A DNA stretch of 64,000 nucleotides from a virus, in IMG/VR virus record IMGVR_UViG_3300045988_176782, positions 64,001-128,000 of that record, one strand, 5' to 3'. A program made the position numbers and the translations under genes. The notes beneath the pieces are model-generated. The model was given only the letters and a program-made list of their open reading frames with translations. It made no database searches and was not told the DNA's origin. Below are positions 27,576-34,562 of the stretch, in pieces (position 1 is the first letter of the stretch; each line of letters begins with the position of its first letter).

Positions 27576-27590
27576 TTATGTTAAACATAC
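27576..27590 (+). promoter_or_regulatory. early-cassette palindrome, copy 22/28
   Basis: TTATGTTAAACATAC. TTTACT and TATACT lie downstream. Confidence 0.85.
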
Positions 27591-27670
27591 AGAAAACACA
27601 CTTTACTTTTTCCTAATTTATGCTATACTATACTTGTTCCTAAGGGGAACAGAAAGAGAGGAAGAAAGAC

Positions 27671-28075
27671 ATGGAAAACACCACTTATCTGATTCGGTTC
27701 CTTATCTTGAATGACGAGAACGAGGTTCTCAAGAACTTCATTCTGACTGAACGTAAATACAATACCCGCGAAGAAGCCGCCGAAGCCGCACAGACAGTGT
27801 GCTGTGTGCTAATGAACCATTGCGGATGGAATGTATTCTATCGTATTGTTAATCCCGTTGCTATTTGTACAAGTGGCTTTCACGAGATGACCGCAGACGG
27901 TAGCATCGTTAGTGATGATGAATTACACGAAGAAGAAGAAAACGAGGATGAGGACGAAGAAGAATACGAAGGTGAAGAAGAAAATGATTCCTACAACGAG
28001 CTTACGGACGAAGAAATAAGAGCCATTCTCCGGTATGCACCCAACTTTATTAGAAAGAAATATGAGGACGAGTAA
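27671..28075 (+). CDS. early cassette protein, 134 aa, poly-acidic C-region
   Basis: Intact ORF. Contains HEEEENEDEDEEEYEGEEEND. Confidence 0.6.
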   Translation: MENTTYLIRFLILNDENEVLKNFILTERKYNTREEAAEAAQTVCCVLMNHCGWNVFYRIVNPVAICTSGFHEMTADGSIVSDDELHEEEENEDEDEEEYEGEEENDSYNELTDEEIRAILRYAPNFIRKKYEDE

Positions 28076-28095
28076 TCGTCCTTTTCTTGTTTTCT

Positions 28096-28110
28096 TTATG
28101 TTAAACATAC
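28096..28110 (+). promoter_or_regulatory. early-cassette palindrome, copy 23/28
   Basis: TTATGTTAAACATAC. TTGACT and TATAAT lie downstream. Confidence 0.85.
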
Positions 28111-28189
28111 AGAAAATTCCATTGACTTCCTCCCTAAATATGATATAATAAATTTGTCCTTGAGGGGCAGAAGAAAGAAAGGAAGTTAA

Positions 28190-28792
28190 ATGCATGATTT
28201 TCAAGACTTACGAACCACCACTCTGACCGACCGCGCTTCTATTGGTGTTGCTACTGTAAAGTTTAATGCTGTTTGCCGTGCCTGCGGAAAGAACAAGCCA
28301 AACAAGAATGATTATATTGATTACTGTTTTAATAAATTGGGAGCAATGGAAAAATGCAAACTCAAACATGACTGGCTTCGTGATGAAGATGACCTTGACC
28401 GCGCCGCTTGGGAAGCACAGTGCCAACAGGAATGGTATAACATTCTTGATACCATTCGTTCCAATGATTCTTCCCCTATCTTCGCAGTTTATATCGCTAT
28501 TCTTCCTTCTGGCGTGAAGTGCGGCGAAACTAAGAACTTGCGTCAGCGCTATTCTTCCTTGAAAGCAAGCAACGACATTCTCCACATGTACTACTTGCCT
28601 GTAGAAAACAAGGAACAAAGCACCGCCGCAGAAGATGCCCTTCACTATATTTTTGACCACGCTAAAGGTATGCGGCGAGAGAAGAACAAAAAAGACTACT
28701 ATTCTTGCGAAGAAGATTATGCCCGCAAATTTATTGAGCGAAATAAGCGAGAAATTTATGATGCGATTATGGCAGAAATTGAGGGAGACTGA
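28190..28792 (+). CDS. T5orf172/GIY-YIG-like domain protein, 200 aa
   Basis: FAVYIAILPSGVKCGETKNLRQRY resembles the T5orf172 (MUG113) core. Called from the motif by eye only. Confidence 0.4.
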   Translation: MHDFQDLRTTTLTDRASIGVATVKFNAVCRACGKNKPNKNDYIDYCFNKLGAMEKCKLKHDWLRDEDDLDRAAWEAQCQQEWYNILDTIRSNDSSPIFAVYIAILPSGVKCGETKNLRQRYSSLKASNDILHMYYLPVENKEQSTAAEDALHYIFDHAKGMRREKNKKDYYSCEEDYARKFIERNKREIYDAIMAEIEGD

Positions 28793-28812
28793 TTCTCCCT
28801 TTTATTTTTTCC

Positions 28813-28827
28813 TTATGTTTAACATAA
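28813..28827 (+). promoter_or_regulatory. early-cassette palindrome, copy 24/28
   Basis: TTATGTTTAACATAA. TTGACT and TATACT lie downstream. Confidence 0.9.
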
Positions 28828-28905
28828 AGAAAATCTCTCTTGACTTTTCGTGTCTTTCCTGTTATACTATCAGTGTTCTAAAGAGAACAGAAAGGCGGTA
28901 ACTAC

Positions 28906-29907
28906 ATGGCCAAACAGAAATTACTCTTAACCTTTGATACAGAGACTTGCACTATCTCTGTACCTGATTCTTGGAATCTGACTGCCAACGAGAAGAAAAA
29001 AATCTGTATTACCCGTCCGCTTATTTATGATATTGGCTGGACAATTTCTTCTCGTTCTGCTGGTATTATTGAAAAGAAAAACTATCTCATTGCCGAAACA
29101 TTCTCCGTTCCCTCCGTTTTCAATACTGCTTACTATAAAGAAAAACGCCCCATTTATCTTGATATGATTAACAACGGTGAGTTGACTGTTCGTTGTTGGC
29201 GCGAAGTAATGGAAATTTTTCTCGCAGACTGCGAACAGGCAGATTTAATCTGCGCTTTCAATGAACAATTTGACCTCCGTGCAATTAACTTTACCGAGCT
29301 TTATATCAACAAACTTTATAGTCCTAACTATCAAAGTTGGTATGAAAATCAGGTTGCGCTCTGTTGGAAAATCGCCCATCAACCCTACAAAAAGAAAAAT
29401 GACAAAGACTTTGACCCCTTGTATTTTACCTTCCGAAACAAACAGTATAAGGTGATGGATATTTGGGGCTTAGCTTGCGAAAACATTATCAATACCCCTA
29501 CATATAAACGAGCTTGTCTTGAACATTCTCTTATTTCTCCGTCTGGAATGTATTTTAGCACTAATACCGAAAATGTTAGACGCTTCATCTATAAAGAATA
29601 CGGCTTTATTGAAGAACATACAGCACTTTCTGACGCAGAAATTGAAACAGAAATCCTTCTTAAAGCCCTCAAGCGTGGCAAGAAGGTTGAAGGAATTGAG
29701 TTTTTTCCCTTCCGAAAACTTGGTTATGTTTCTGATTTTATTGTAGAAGATAGCCGCATTACTCCCGCTATGGCACAAAATGCACTTGATATTCTGAATG
29801 CCTATATTGACCAGCATAGCGAACAACAAACACCGTATTTGTCGCAAGTTATCAACCATACGGCGCGGATAGAAAAAAGACGTGATTCTCTTTTGTGGGA
29901 CGAATAA
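28906..29907 (+). CDS. DEDDh 3'-5' exonuclease (DnaQ-like), 333 aa
   Basis: Exo I is FDTET, Exo II is AFNEQFD and Exo III is HTALSDAEIE. Confidence 0.7.
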   Translation: MAKQKLLLTFDTETCTISVPDSWNLTANEKKKICITRPLIYDIGWTISSRSAGIIEKKNYLIAETFSVPSVFNTAYYKEKRPIYLDMINNGELTVRCWREVMEIFLADCEQADLICAFNEQFDLRAINFTELYINKLYSPNYQSWYENQVALCWKIAHQPYKKKNDKDFDPLYFTFRNKQYKVMDIWGLACENIINTPTYKRACLEHSLISPSGMYFSTNTENVRRFIYKEYGFIEEHTALSDAEIETEILLKALKRGKKVEGIEFFPFRKLGYVSDFIVEDSRITPAMAQNALDILNAYIDQHSEQQTPYLSQVINHTARIEKRRDSLLWDE

Positions 29908-29936
29908 TGTCCCACCTTTTTATAAAAATTTCTTCC

Positions 29937-29951
29937 TTATGTTAAACATAC
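29937..29951 (+). promoter_or_regulatory. early-cassette palindrome, copy 25/28
   Basis: TTATGTTAAACATAC. TTGACA and TATACT lie downstream. Confidence 0.85.
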
Positions 29952-30058
29952 AGAAAAAGATTATTGACAAAAAATAAAAATCTTGTTATACTATATATGT
30001 TCCTTGAGAGAGGAAAAAAGAGGAAGGACACCTCACAAACCAGAGAGGAAGAAAACAT

Positions 30059-30595
30059 ATGAAAAAGGATTTTAAGGCGGAAGTTCTGGCACTGGCTGAA
30101 TCTATGGTGGGCATTCCCGAAGGTGCTTTCAAGGTTCTCCACTCCAAGCAGGAATGTTATTGCTTTGACACTGGCAAGAAGGATGAAGAAGGCCGTCCCG
30201 TTCCGGCTCTGTTGTATGTGAAGATTCCCGACATTGAAGGAACGAAAACTCGTGATGGTTTTGACGTGGAACTTGCGAAAGCCGCCTACGAAGAAAAGAT
30301 GACTGCCGCCGCAAACAAGCCCGCGAAGAAGTCCGCGCCCAAGGGCGGTGACCCGGCTGTGGCTGAAAAGCGTGAAGAACGCATGAAGGTTCTGCGCCGT
30401 TGGTGGGAGAATGAAGCCGAATATGGTCACGATTACACCAGCACCGAAGTATTCAACGCTCTGCCTGATATTTACGGCATTGACGTTAATACGCAGGGCG
30501 CAATGCTGACAGGCCGAGACCTTGCCCAGCTTGCGAAGGAAGGGCTTGCCGAAATGAATATGATTGAAAAGAAGAAGTGCTATTCCAAGCGTTAA
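30059..30595 (+). CDS. paralog family A member, 178 aa
   Basis: Same architecture as 25971 and 32796: an N-domain, an Ala/Lys-rich linker and a C-terminal domain. Confidence 0.55.
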   Translation: MKKDFKAEVLALAESMVGIPEGAFKVLHSKQECYCFDTGKKDEEGRPVPALLYVKIPDIEGTKTRDGFDVELAKAAYEEKMTAAANKPAKKSAPKGGDPAVAEKREERMKVLRRWWENEAEYGHDYTSTEVFNALPDIYGIDVNTQGAMLTGRDLAQLAKEGLAEMNMIEKKKCYSKR

Positions 30596-30641
30596 GGTAA
30601 GAGGGGACGAAAGTCCCCTTTTATTTTAAGAGTAGGTTTCC

Positions 30642-30656
30642 TTATGTTAAACATAC
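30642..30656 (+). promoter_or_regulatory. early-cassette palindrome, copy 26/28
   Basis: TTATGTTAAACATAC. TTTACA and TATTAT lie downstream. Confidence 0.85.
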
Positions 30657-30731
30657 AGAAACAGACCTTTACATTTCTGCGGCGATATGGTATTATATCA
30701 ATGTTCCAAGGAACAGAAAGGAAGGTAGAAT

Positions 30732-30983
30732 ATGAAGATTAAACACGCAGACACATTAGGCATTCATTGCTTTAAGAATCTTAAAGCAGGAGATACTTTT
30801 TACTATAACGACAAACTTTATATAAAAGTGCATTCTCTCTCTGTTACTTTTGCCTATAAGAAAGTCATTATCGCGAATGCTCTAAGTTTAGAGGTTTTCG
30901 CTTTAGCTTATATTAAAGATGATGAAAAAGTCGCTTGTGTTGAAAGTGAGCTTACTGTTAGTAATTATAGGAGGATGAACTAA
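30732..30983 (+). CDS. small paralog family B, member 1 (83 aa)
   Basis: The first of four tandem genes of about 80 aa sharing G-D-x-F-x-Y-x-(N/D)-x-(Y/F)-(Y/F/I)-(I/M)-K-(L/V). Confidence 0.6.
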   Translation: MKIKHADTLGIHCFKNLKAGDTFYYNDKLYIKVHSLSVTFAYKKVIIANALSLEVFALAYIKDDEKVACVESELTVSNYRRMN

Positions 30984-30984
30984 G

Positions 30985-31218
30985 ATGGAAATCATTTACG
31001 CCTATCAAACTCAATCATTTTCTAAAATTATCGCGGGAGATATTTTCAAGCACGAAGATGAATACTATATGAAGCTCGCGCAAAAATCGGAACCTGTTAT
31101 TGTTTTTAATAACAACTTTGTCCCTAATGCCGTTGGAATGAGAGACGGCGAACTAATTTATTTTCCTGCTGATACAAAAGTGATGTTTGTTCCTGCAAAA
31201 CTTCAAGTAGAAAGGTGA
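30985..31218 (+). CDS. small paralog family B, member 2 (77 aa)
   Basis: AGDIFKHEDEYYMKL. GGAGG RBS. Confidence 0.6.
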   Translation: MEIIYAYQTQSFSKIIAGDIFKHEDEYYMKLAQKSEPVIVFNNNFVPNAVGMRDGELIYFPADTKVMFVPAKLQVER

Positions 31219-31223
31219 AATGT

Positions 31224-31466
31224 ATGCAAATTACTACTGTTGATAAAGAAAAAGAAATTTCTCTCCATTGTATTGACTATGGTGCAGTATTCAAATATTA
31301 TAATGAATATTACATAAAACTGAAATATGCAGATACCAGTAATTTACCCCGATACGAAAGCGGAGCTTACCCCACTGTTGTTTGTTTAGAAGATGGAAGT
31401 TTAACTTGTTTTGCAGAAACGACTTTAGTGGAAGTCGTAGATGCAGAGTTAAGAGTAAAGGAGTGA
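31224..31466 (+). CDS. small paralog family B, member 3 (80 aa)
   Basis: GAVFKYYNEYYIKL. ATG inside track ORF 31215..31466. Confidence 0.6.
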   Translation: MQITTVDKEKEISLHCIDYGAVFKYYNEYYIKLKYADTSNLPRYESGAYPTVVCLEDGSLTCFAETTLVEVVDAELRVKE

Positions 31467-31471
31467 AAGAT

Positions 31472-31708
31472 ATGAAGGTTCTTTCCGAAGATTTTTGTAA
31501 GAGGACTTTTCAGGAACTTCCTGAAGGTGAAATTTTTCGCTATGGCAACAACTTTTTTATTAAACTTGTCCAATTAGAAAAAGTCATTATGCACGATGAA
31601 GAAGGTTATCCTATCAATGCCGTTAATATTGGAAATGGCGTTCCTGCTTATTTCCAAGAAGGTGTTATTATTACTTACTTTGACGACGAAGTTATGGCAA
31701 TGAGGTGA
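31472..31708 (+). CDS. small paralog family B, member 4 (78 aa)
   Basis: GEIFRYGNNFFIKL. AAAGGAG RBS. Internal ATG of track ORF 31382..31708. Confidence 0.6.
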   Translation: MKVLSEDFCKRTFQELPEGEIFRYGNNFFIKLVQLEKVIMHDEEGYPINAVNIGNGVPAYFQEGVIITYFDDEVMAMR

Positions 31709-31713
31709 AGTAC

Positions 31714-31911
31714 ATGCACATTTTAGTTTGTATCTTTCTTGCCTTTTACTTTACTGAATGTATTTCTTCCGCTTTTGAAATTGCAGGAGAAGATTGTCCA
31801 ACACTTTCACTTACGGATACTTTGCTGTTTCTATTGTGTTGTATTGTACCGATGAAGTGCATAGCCAAGGCATACAAGAAACTTGATAATTGGGTAAGAG
31901 GACTTGAGTAA
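31714..31911 (+). CDS. small membrane protein, 65 aa
   Basis: Two hydrophobic segments. ATG inside track ORF 31705..31911. Confidence 0.5.
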   Translation: MHILVCIFLAFYFTECISSAFEIAGEDCPTLSLTDTLLFLLCCIVPMKCIAKAYKKLDNWVRGLE

Positions 31912-31931
31912 GCAAGTCCTTTTTGTTTTCC

Positions 31932-31946
31932 TTATGTTTAACATAA
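31932..31946. promoter_or_regulatory. early-cassette palindrome, copy 27/28, at a convergent gene junction with no promoter
   Basis: TTATGTTTAACATAA sits between the T-tracts of two facing terminator hairpins (31895-31928 and 31950-31985). No -35/-10 follows on either strand. Confidence 0.85.
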
Positions 31947-31966
31947 AGAAGAAAAAGGAGGAAGAT

Positions 31967-32272
31967 TTAATCTTCCTCCACAATCCAATCATCTACAGTT
32001 TCTTCCGCGGTTTCATCAACAAAATCACTAACAAATTGCTTGAAAGTGTTTTGCATTTCTTTTAACTGTTTCTCCGTTGCCTTTGGCAGCTTCAACAGCC
32101 AATCATCCAAGCAACAATCTTTGTGTTCGCCTAAATACTCATTGAAATAATACATAATATCGTCGTTGCACAAATATTTTTCCGGGTCTTTTGCCCAAGT
32201 CATAGCTAAAAATTCTTTTGCATTTTCCCGAACAAAGAACTTATTGCCATCAATATTCCAAATCTTTTCCAT
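31967..32272 (-). CDS. early cassette protein on the opposite strand, 101 aa, acidic C-terminus
   Basis: The complete cassette (palindrome, promoter, leader, GAAAGGAAG) is present on the minus strand. Internal ATG of track ORF 31967..32305. Confidence 0.6.
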   Translation of the reverse strand: MEKIWNIDGNKFFVRENAKEFLAMTWAKDPEKYLCNDDIMYYFNEYLGEHKDCCLDDWLLKLPKATEKQLKEMQNTFKQFVSDFVDETAEETVDDWIVEED

Positions 32273-32349
32273 ATCCCTCAACTTCCTTTCTGCTCTCTTG
32301 AGCATCTATAGAATATCACACTCCACCTAAAAAGTCAAACCAAAATTCC

Positions 32350-32364
32350 TTATGTTTAACATAA
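32350..32364 (-). promoter_or_regulatory. early-cassette palindrome, copy 28/28, serving the minus-strand gene
   Basis: On the minus strand the order is palindrome, TTTGAC, TATTCT, CTCAAGAGAGC leader, GAAAGGAAG, then ATG at 32272. Confidence 0.85.
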
Positions 32365-32409
32365 CGAAAATCCACTCCTGTCCCTTTTGTCCATCCTTCT
32401 TCCCATTTT

Positions 32410-32438
32410 TGACAAATTCAAAATTTTCCTTTATAATA
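32410..32438 (+). promoter_or_regulatory. consensus promoter (TTGACA, 17 nt, TATAAT) opening the replication-module side
   Basis: Read directly. Followed by about 350 nt of leader with three AGCTGCA-containing repeats and a second -10 at about 32655. Confidence 0.55.
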
Positions 32439-32795
32439 GAACCATCTTCTCCACCGAAGATAATCCTTTCCCCAACCCCCTTCTATACAACACCACGCGG
32501 CGCGCAGCAATTTCCTAAATAAGCTGCAACTTCCCGCGCAAAAAGCTGGAATGAGCTGCATTTTCTTCCCGCCGCAAATTCTTTTCCCCAAAAATTTTCC
32601 AACGAGCTGCAAATTTTCCTCTAAAAAAATTTGCCAAACACCAAAATTTCCTCTATAATATATCTACAAAGTGAGGGAACAAATCACCTCCTCAATTGCT
32701 CTCCCTCGCTTTATAAATAAGAGAAGGAAAACTCTAAATCAAACCGGCCCCGCAATAAGCTGGGCGGGCGCATTAAGCGCCGCAAGGAGAATTAA

Positions 32796-33308
32796 ATGTC
32801 TGTATCTGTTCGTGATGCTCTACGCGCTGAAGTCGTAGAGAAGCTAATGGGTTGCTACGAAAACGCTCAAAAGGTTGCCGGCGGCTTTGCCTTTATGTCT
32901 GACAAGATGGACGAGGAAACTGGTCTATTCATTCCTGTGGTTGTAACCGTAACCGCAAAGAATACCGCTCCTACTGCTCGCAGTGAAGCTTATGACATTG
33001 ACAAAGCCGTAGCCGAATACGCCGCCAAGCCTGGTCGTCGTGTTGCTGACCCTGCTAAGATTGCTGAACGCGCTGCCGCTAAGGAAGCTGCTGCTTCCCG
33101 CAAGCAAGCTAATCTAAGCATTCTACGCAGCTGGGTTGCTGCCAATCCTGTTGATGGTCTGGCTGCCAAGGAAATCTATGACCAGATTCCTGAGCTGCAA
33201 CATATTCAGCTAATGCAAGTTGGTACTCTACTAACCTCTCTAGTTGAGGATGGTACACTAACTGTAAGTCTGAATGATAAGCGTAAGAAGATTTACCATA
33301 AGGCTTAA
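32796..33308 (+). CDS. paralog family A member, 170 aa
   Basis: AAGGAG RBS. Architecture as for 25971 and 30059. Visibly higher GC and different codon choice than the neighbours. Confidence 0.6.
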   Translation: MSVSVRDALRAEVVEKLMGCYENAQKVAGGFAFMSDKMDEETGLFIPVVVTVTAKNTAPTARSEAYDIDKAVAEYAAKPGRRVADPAKIAERAAAKEAAASRKQANLSILRSWVAANPVDGLAAKEIYDQIPELQHIQLMQVGTLLTSLVEDGTLTVSLNDKRKKIYHKA

Positions 33309-33322
33309 GACACAATGGAAGA

Positions 33323-33347
33323 GAAGCGCGAAAGCGCTTCTTTTTTT
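33323..33347 (+). terminator. rho-independent terminator
   Basis: GAAGCGC-GAAA-GCGCTTC followed by TTTTTTT. Confidence 0.75.
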
Positions 33348-33405
33348 GTATTTTTATAATTTTTATATTATAATATAAAAAAATAAAAGGAGAAAAAAAT
33401 ACTAC

Positions 33406-33600
33406 ATGACAAACATAAATCGTAAAGTAATTTTTTCTCGTTGGATTAGAAACGCACTTCTTTTCCAGGGAGAAGAACTAATAGAGACTCAAATTAATCG
33501 CGACAATCCTTCGTTCCATGTATATATTTTTAAATATAGCGATACCTTAGATGAATCAATTAAGTACGCTCTTGCGCATAAAAAAGAATTTCAACTTTAA
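33406..33600 (+). CDS. hypothetical protein, 64 aa
   Basis: AAAGGAG RBS. Intact ORF. Confidence 0.5.
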   Translation: MTNINRKVIFSRWIRNALLFQGEELIETQINRDNPSFHVYIFKYSDTLDESIKYALAHKKEFQL

Positions 33601-33614
33601 GGAGCGAAACACAC

Positions 33615-33959
33615 ATGGCACAAACACAAACCGCTCCTATTTTAAAACATAACATAGATAAAAAACAATTCTTGGTTGCGCCCTACAATATGAATTTCTA
33701 CCAAATTCCGCAAGCTATTGCAGACAAGCTGAATCAAAAGCTGGGAAATTCATCCGCACAATTACGGCTAATGTATGTTCTTATCGGAACTAAAGAAGGT
33801 TTTGGTTTATCCTTAGAATGGTTATCACAGCGAACAAGTTTAGCCAAAACCAATATTGTGCGCACCAAGAAAGCTTTAATTGACGCGGGCCTACTATTGG
33901 AAAGCACAGATGGAACACACAATTTTTTAACAATTAATTATCAAAAAATTATGGAATAA
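33615..33959 (+). CDS. winged-helix DNA-binding protein, candidate replication initiator/origin-binding protein, 114 aa
   Basis: AAGGAG RBS. LSLEWLSQRTSLAKTNIVRTKKALIDAGLL looks like a wHTH. An iteron array follows immediately downstream. Confidence 0.45.
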   Translation: MAQTQTAPILKHNIDKKQFLVAPYNMNFYQIPQAIADKLNQKLGNSSAQLRLMYVLIGTKEGFGLSLEWLSQRTSLAKTNIVRTKKALIDAGLLLESTDGTHNFLTINYQKIME

Positions 33960-33974
33960 AATTTGAAATTTCCA

Positions 33975-34116
33975 TTATCACCATGATTATAATCCTTTTC
34001 CGTTTTTATGAGAATATGATTATCACTGTGATACGGACTCGTATCACCATGATATTCTTATTATCACCATGATAACGTGCTCGTATCACAGTGATAATGG
34101 GAATTATCACCATGAT
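33975..34116. repeat. iteron array: six TATCAC(C/T/A)(A/G)TGAT sites
   Basis: Sites at 33975-87, 34022-32, 34042-53, 34061-73, 34084-96 and 34104-16. Followed by an A+T-rich (TA)n stretch and the GC hairpin ATTTCGCGC..GCGCGAAAT (34187-34208). Confidence 0.8.
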
Positions 34117-34210
34117 ATACGTAATATATAATATATATATAAACAAAGAGAGGATATATAATCTAACAAATATGTAATATATAATTATTTCGCGCTTGCG
34201 CGCGAAATTT

Positions 34211-34522
34211 ATGATTAATATTTCTGGAGAGAGCATAACAAAGATGAGATATGTTGAAGAAAAGTTGAAATTTATTAATAATATTATTGATGAGATTCTT
34301 CCAGCTGAAGCCGCTATAGAATACAAACTAGAAGTAAAAAAATGGATACGTAAAATGGCAAGCCTTGATTGGAACACAAATAATACTTTTAGTTATAAAA
34401 CTTTTATCGCGCCGCAAGTAAAAACTGAGCTTTATCCATATAAAGACGAGAATAGCGCGCTACAAGATATTATCACTGTTCTTGGCGGCAGAGTGTTTGA
34501 TTATTATCATAAGTGTAAATAA
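34211..34522 (+). CDS. hypothetical protein, 103 aa
   Basis: ATG inside track ORF 34196..34522. A terminator follows. Confidence 0.5.
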   Translation: MINISGESITKMRYVEEKLKFINNIIDEILPAEAAIEYKLEVKKWIRKMASLDWNTNNTFSYKTFIAPQVKTELYPYKDENSALQDIITVLGGRVFDYYHKCK

Positions 34523-34528
34523 AAAAGA

Positions 34529-34562
34529 GGGAATTTCATTTTGAAATTCCCTTTTCTTTTTT
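34529..34562 (+). terminator. rho-independent terminator
   Basis: GGGAATTTCA-TTT-TGAAATTCCC followed by a T-rich run. Confidence 0.75.

Noticed and set aside
15116-32364. Regularly recurring identical short palindromes could suggest a CRISPR array.
   Set aside because: Spacing is 300-1200 bp and variable. The intervals are complete protein-coding cassettes with promoters and terminators. The repeat is only 15-19 bp and there are no cas genes.
32418-32612. 64-aa minus-strand ORF in the leader region.
   Set aside because: No SD or promoter. It is a GC-rich repeat region, and the Cys/Trp/Arg-rich product looks like an out-of-frame artefact.
34006-34377. 123-aa minus-strand ORF.
   Set aside because: It runs across the iteron array and the (TA)n tract. 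The sequence is low-complexity and Ile/Tyr/Phe-rich, there is no SD, and it overlaps a better plus-strand gene.
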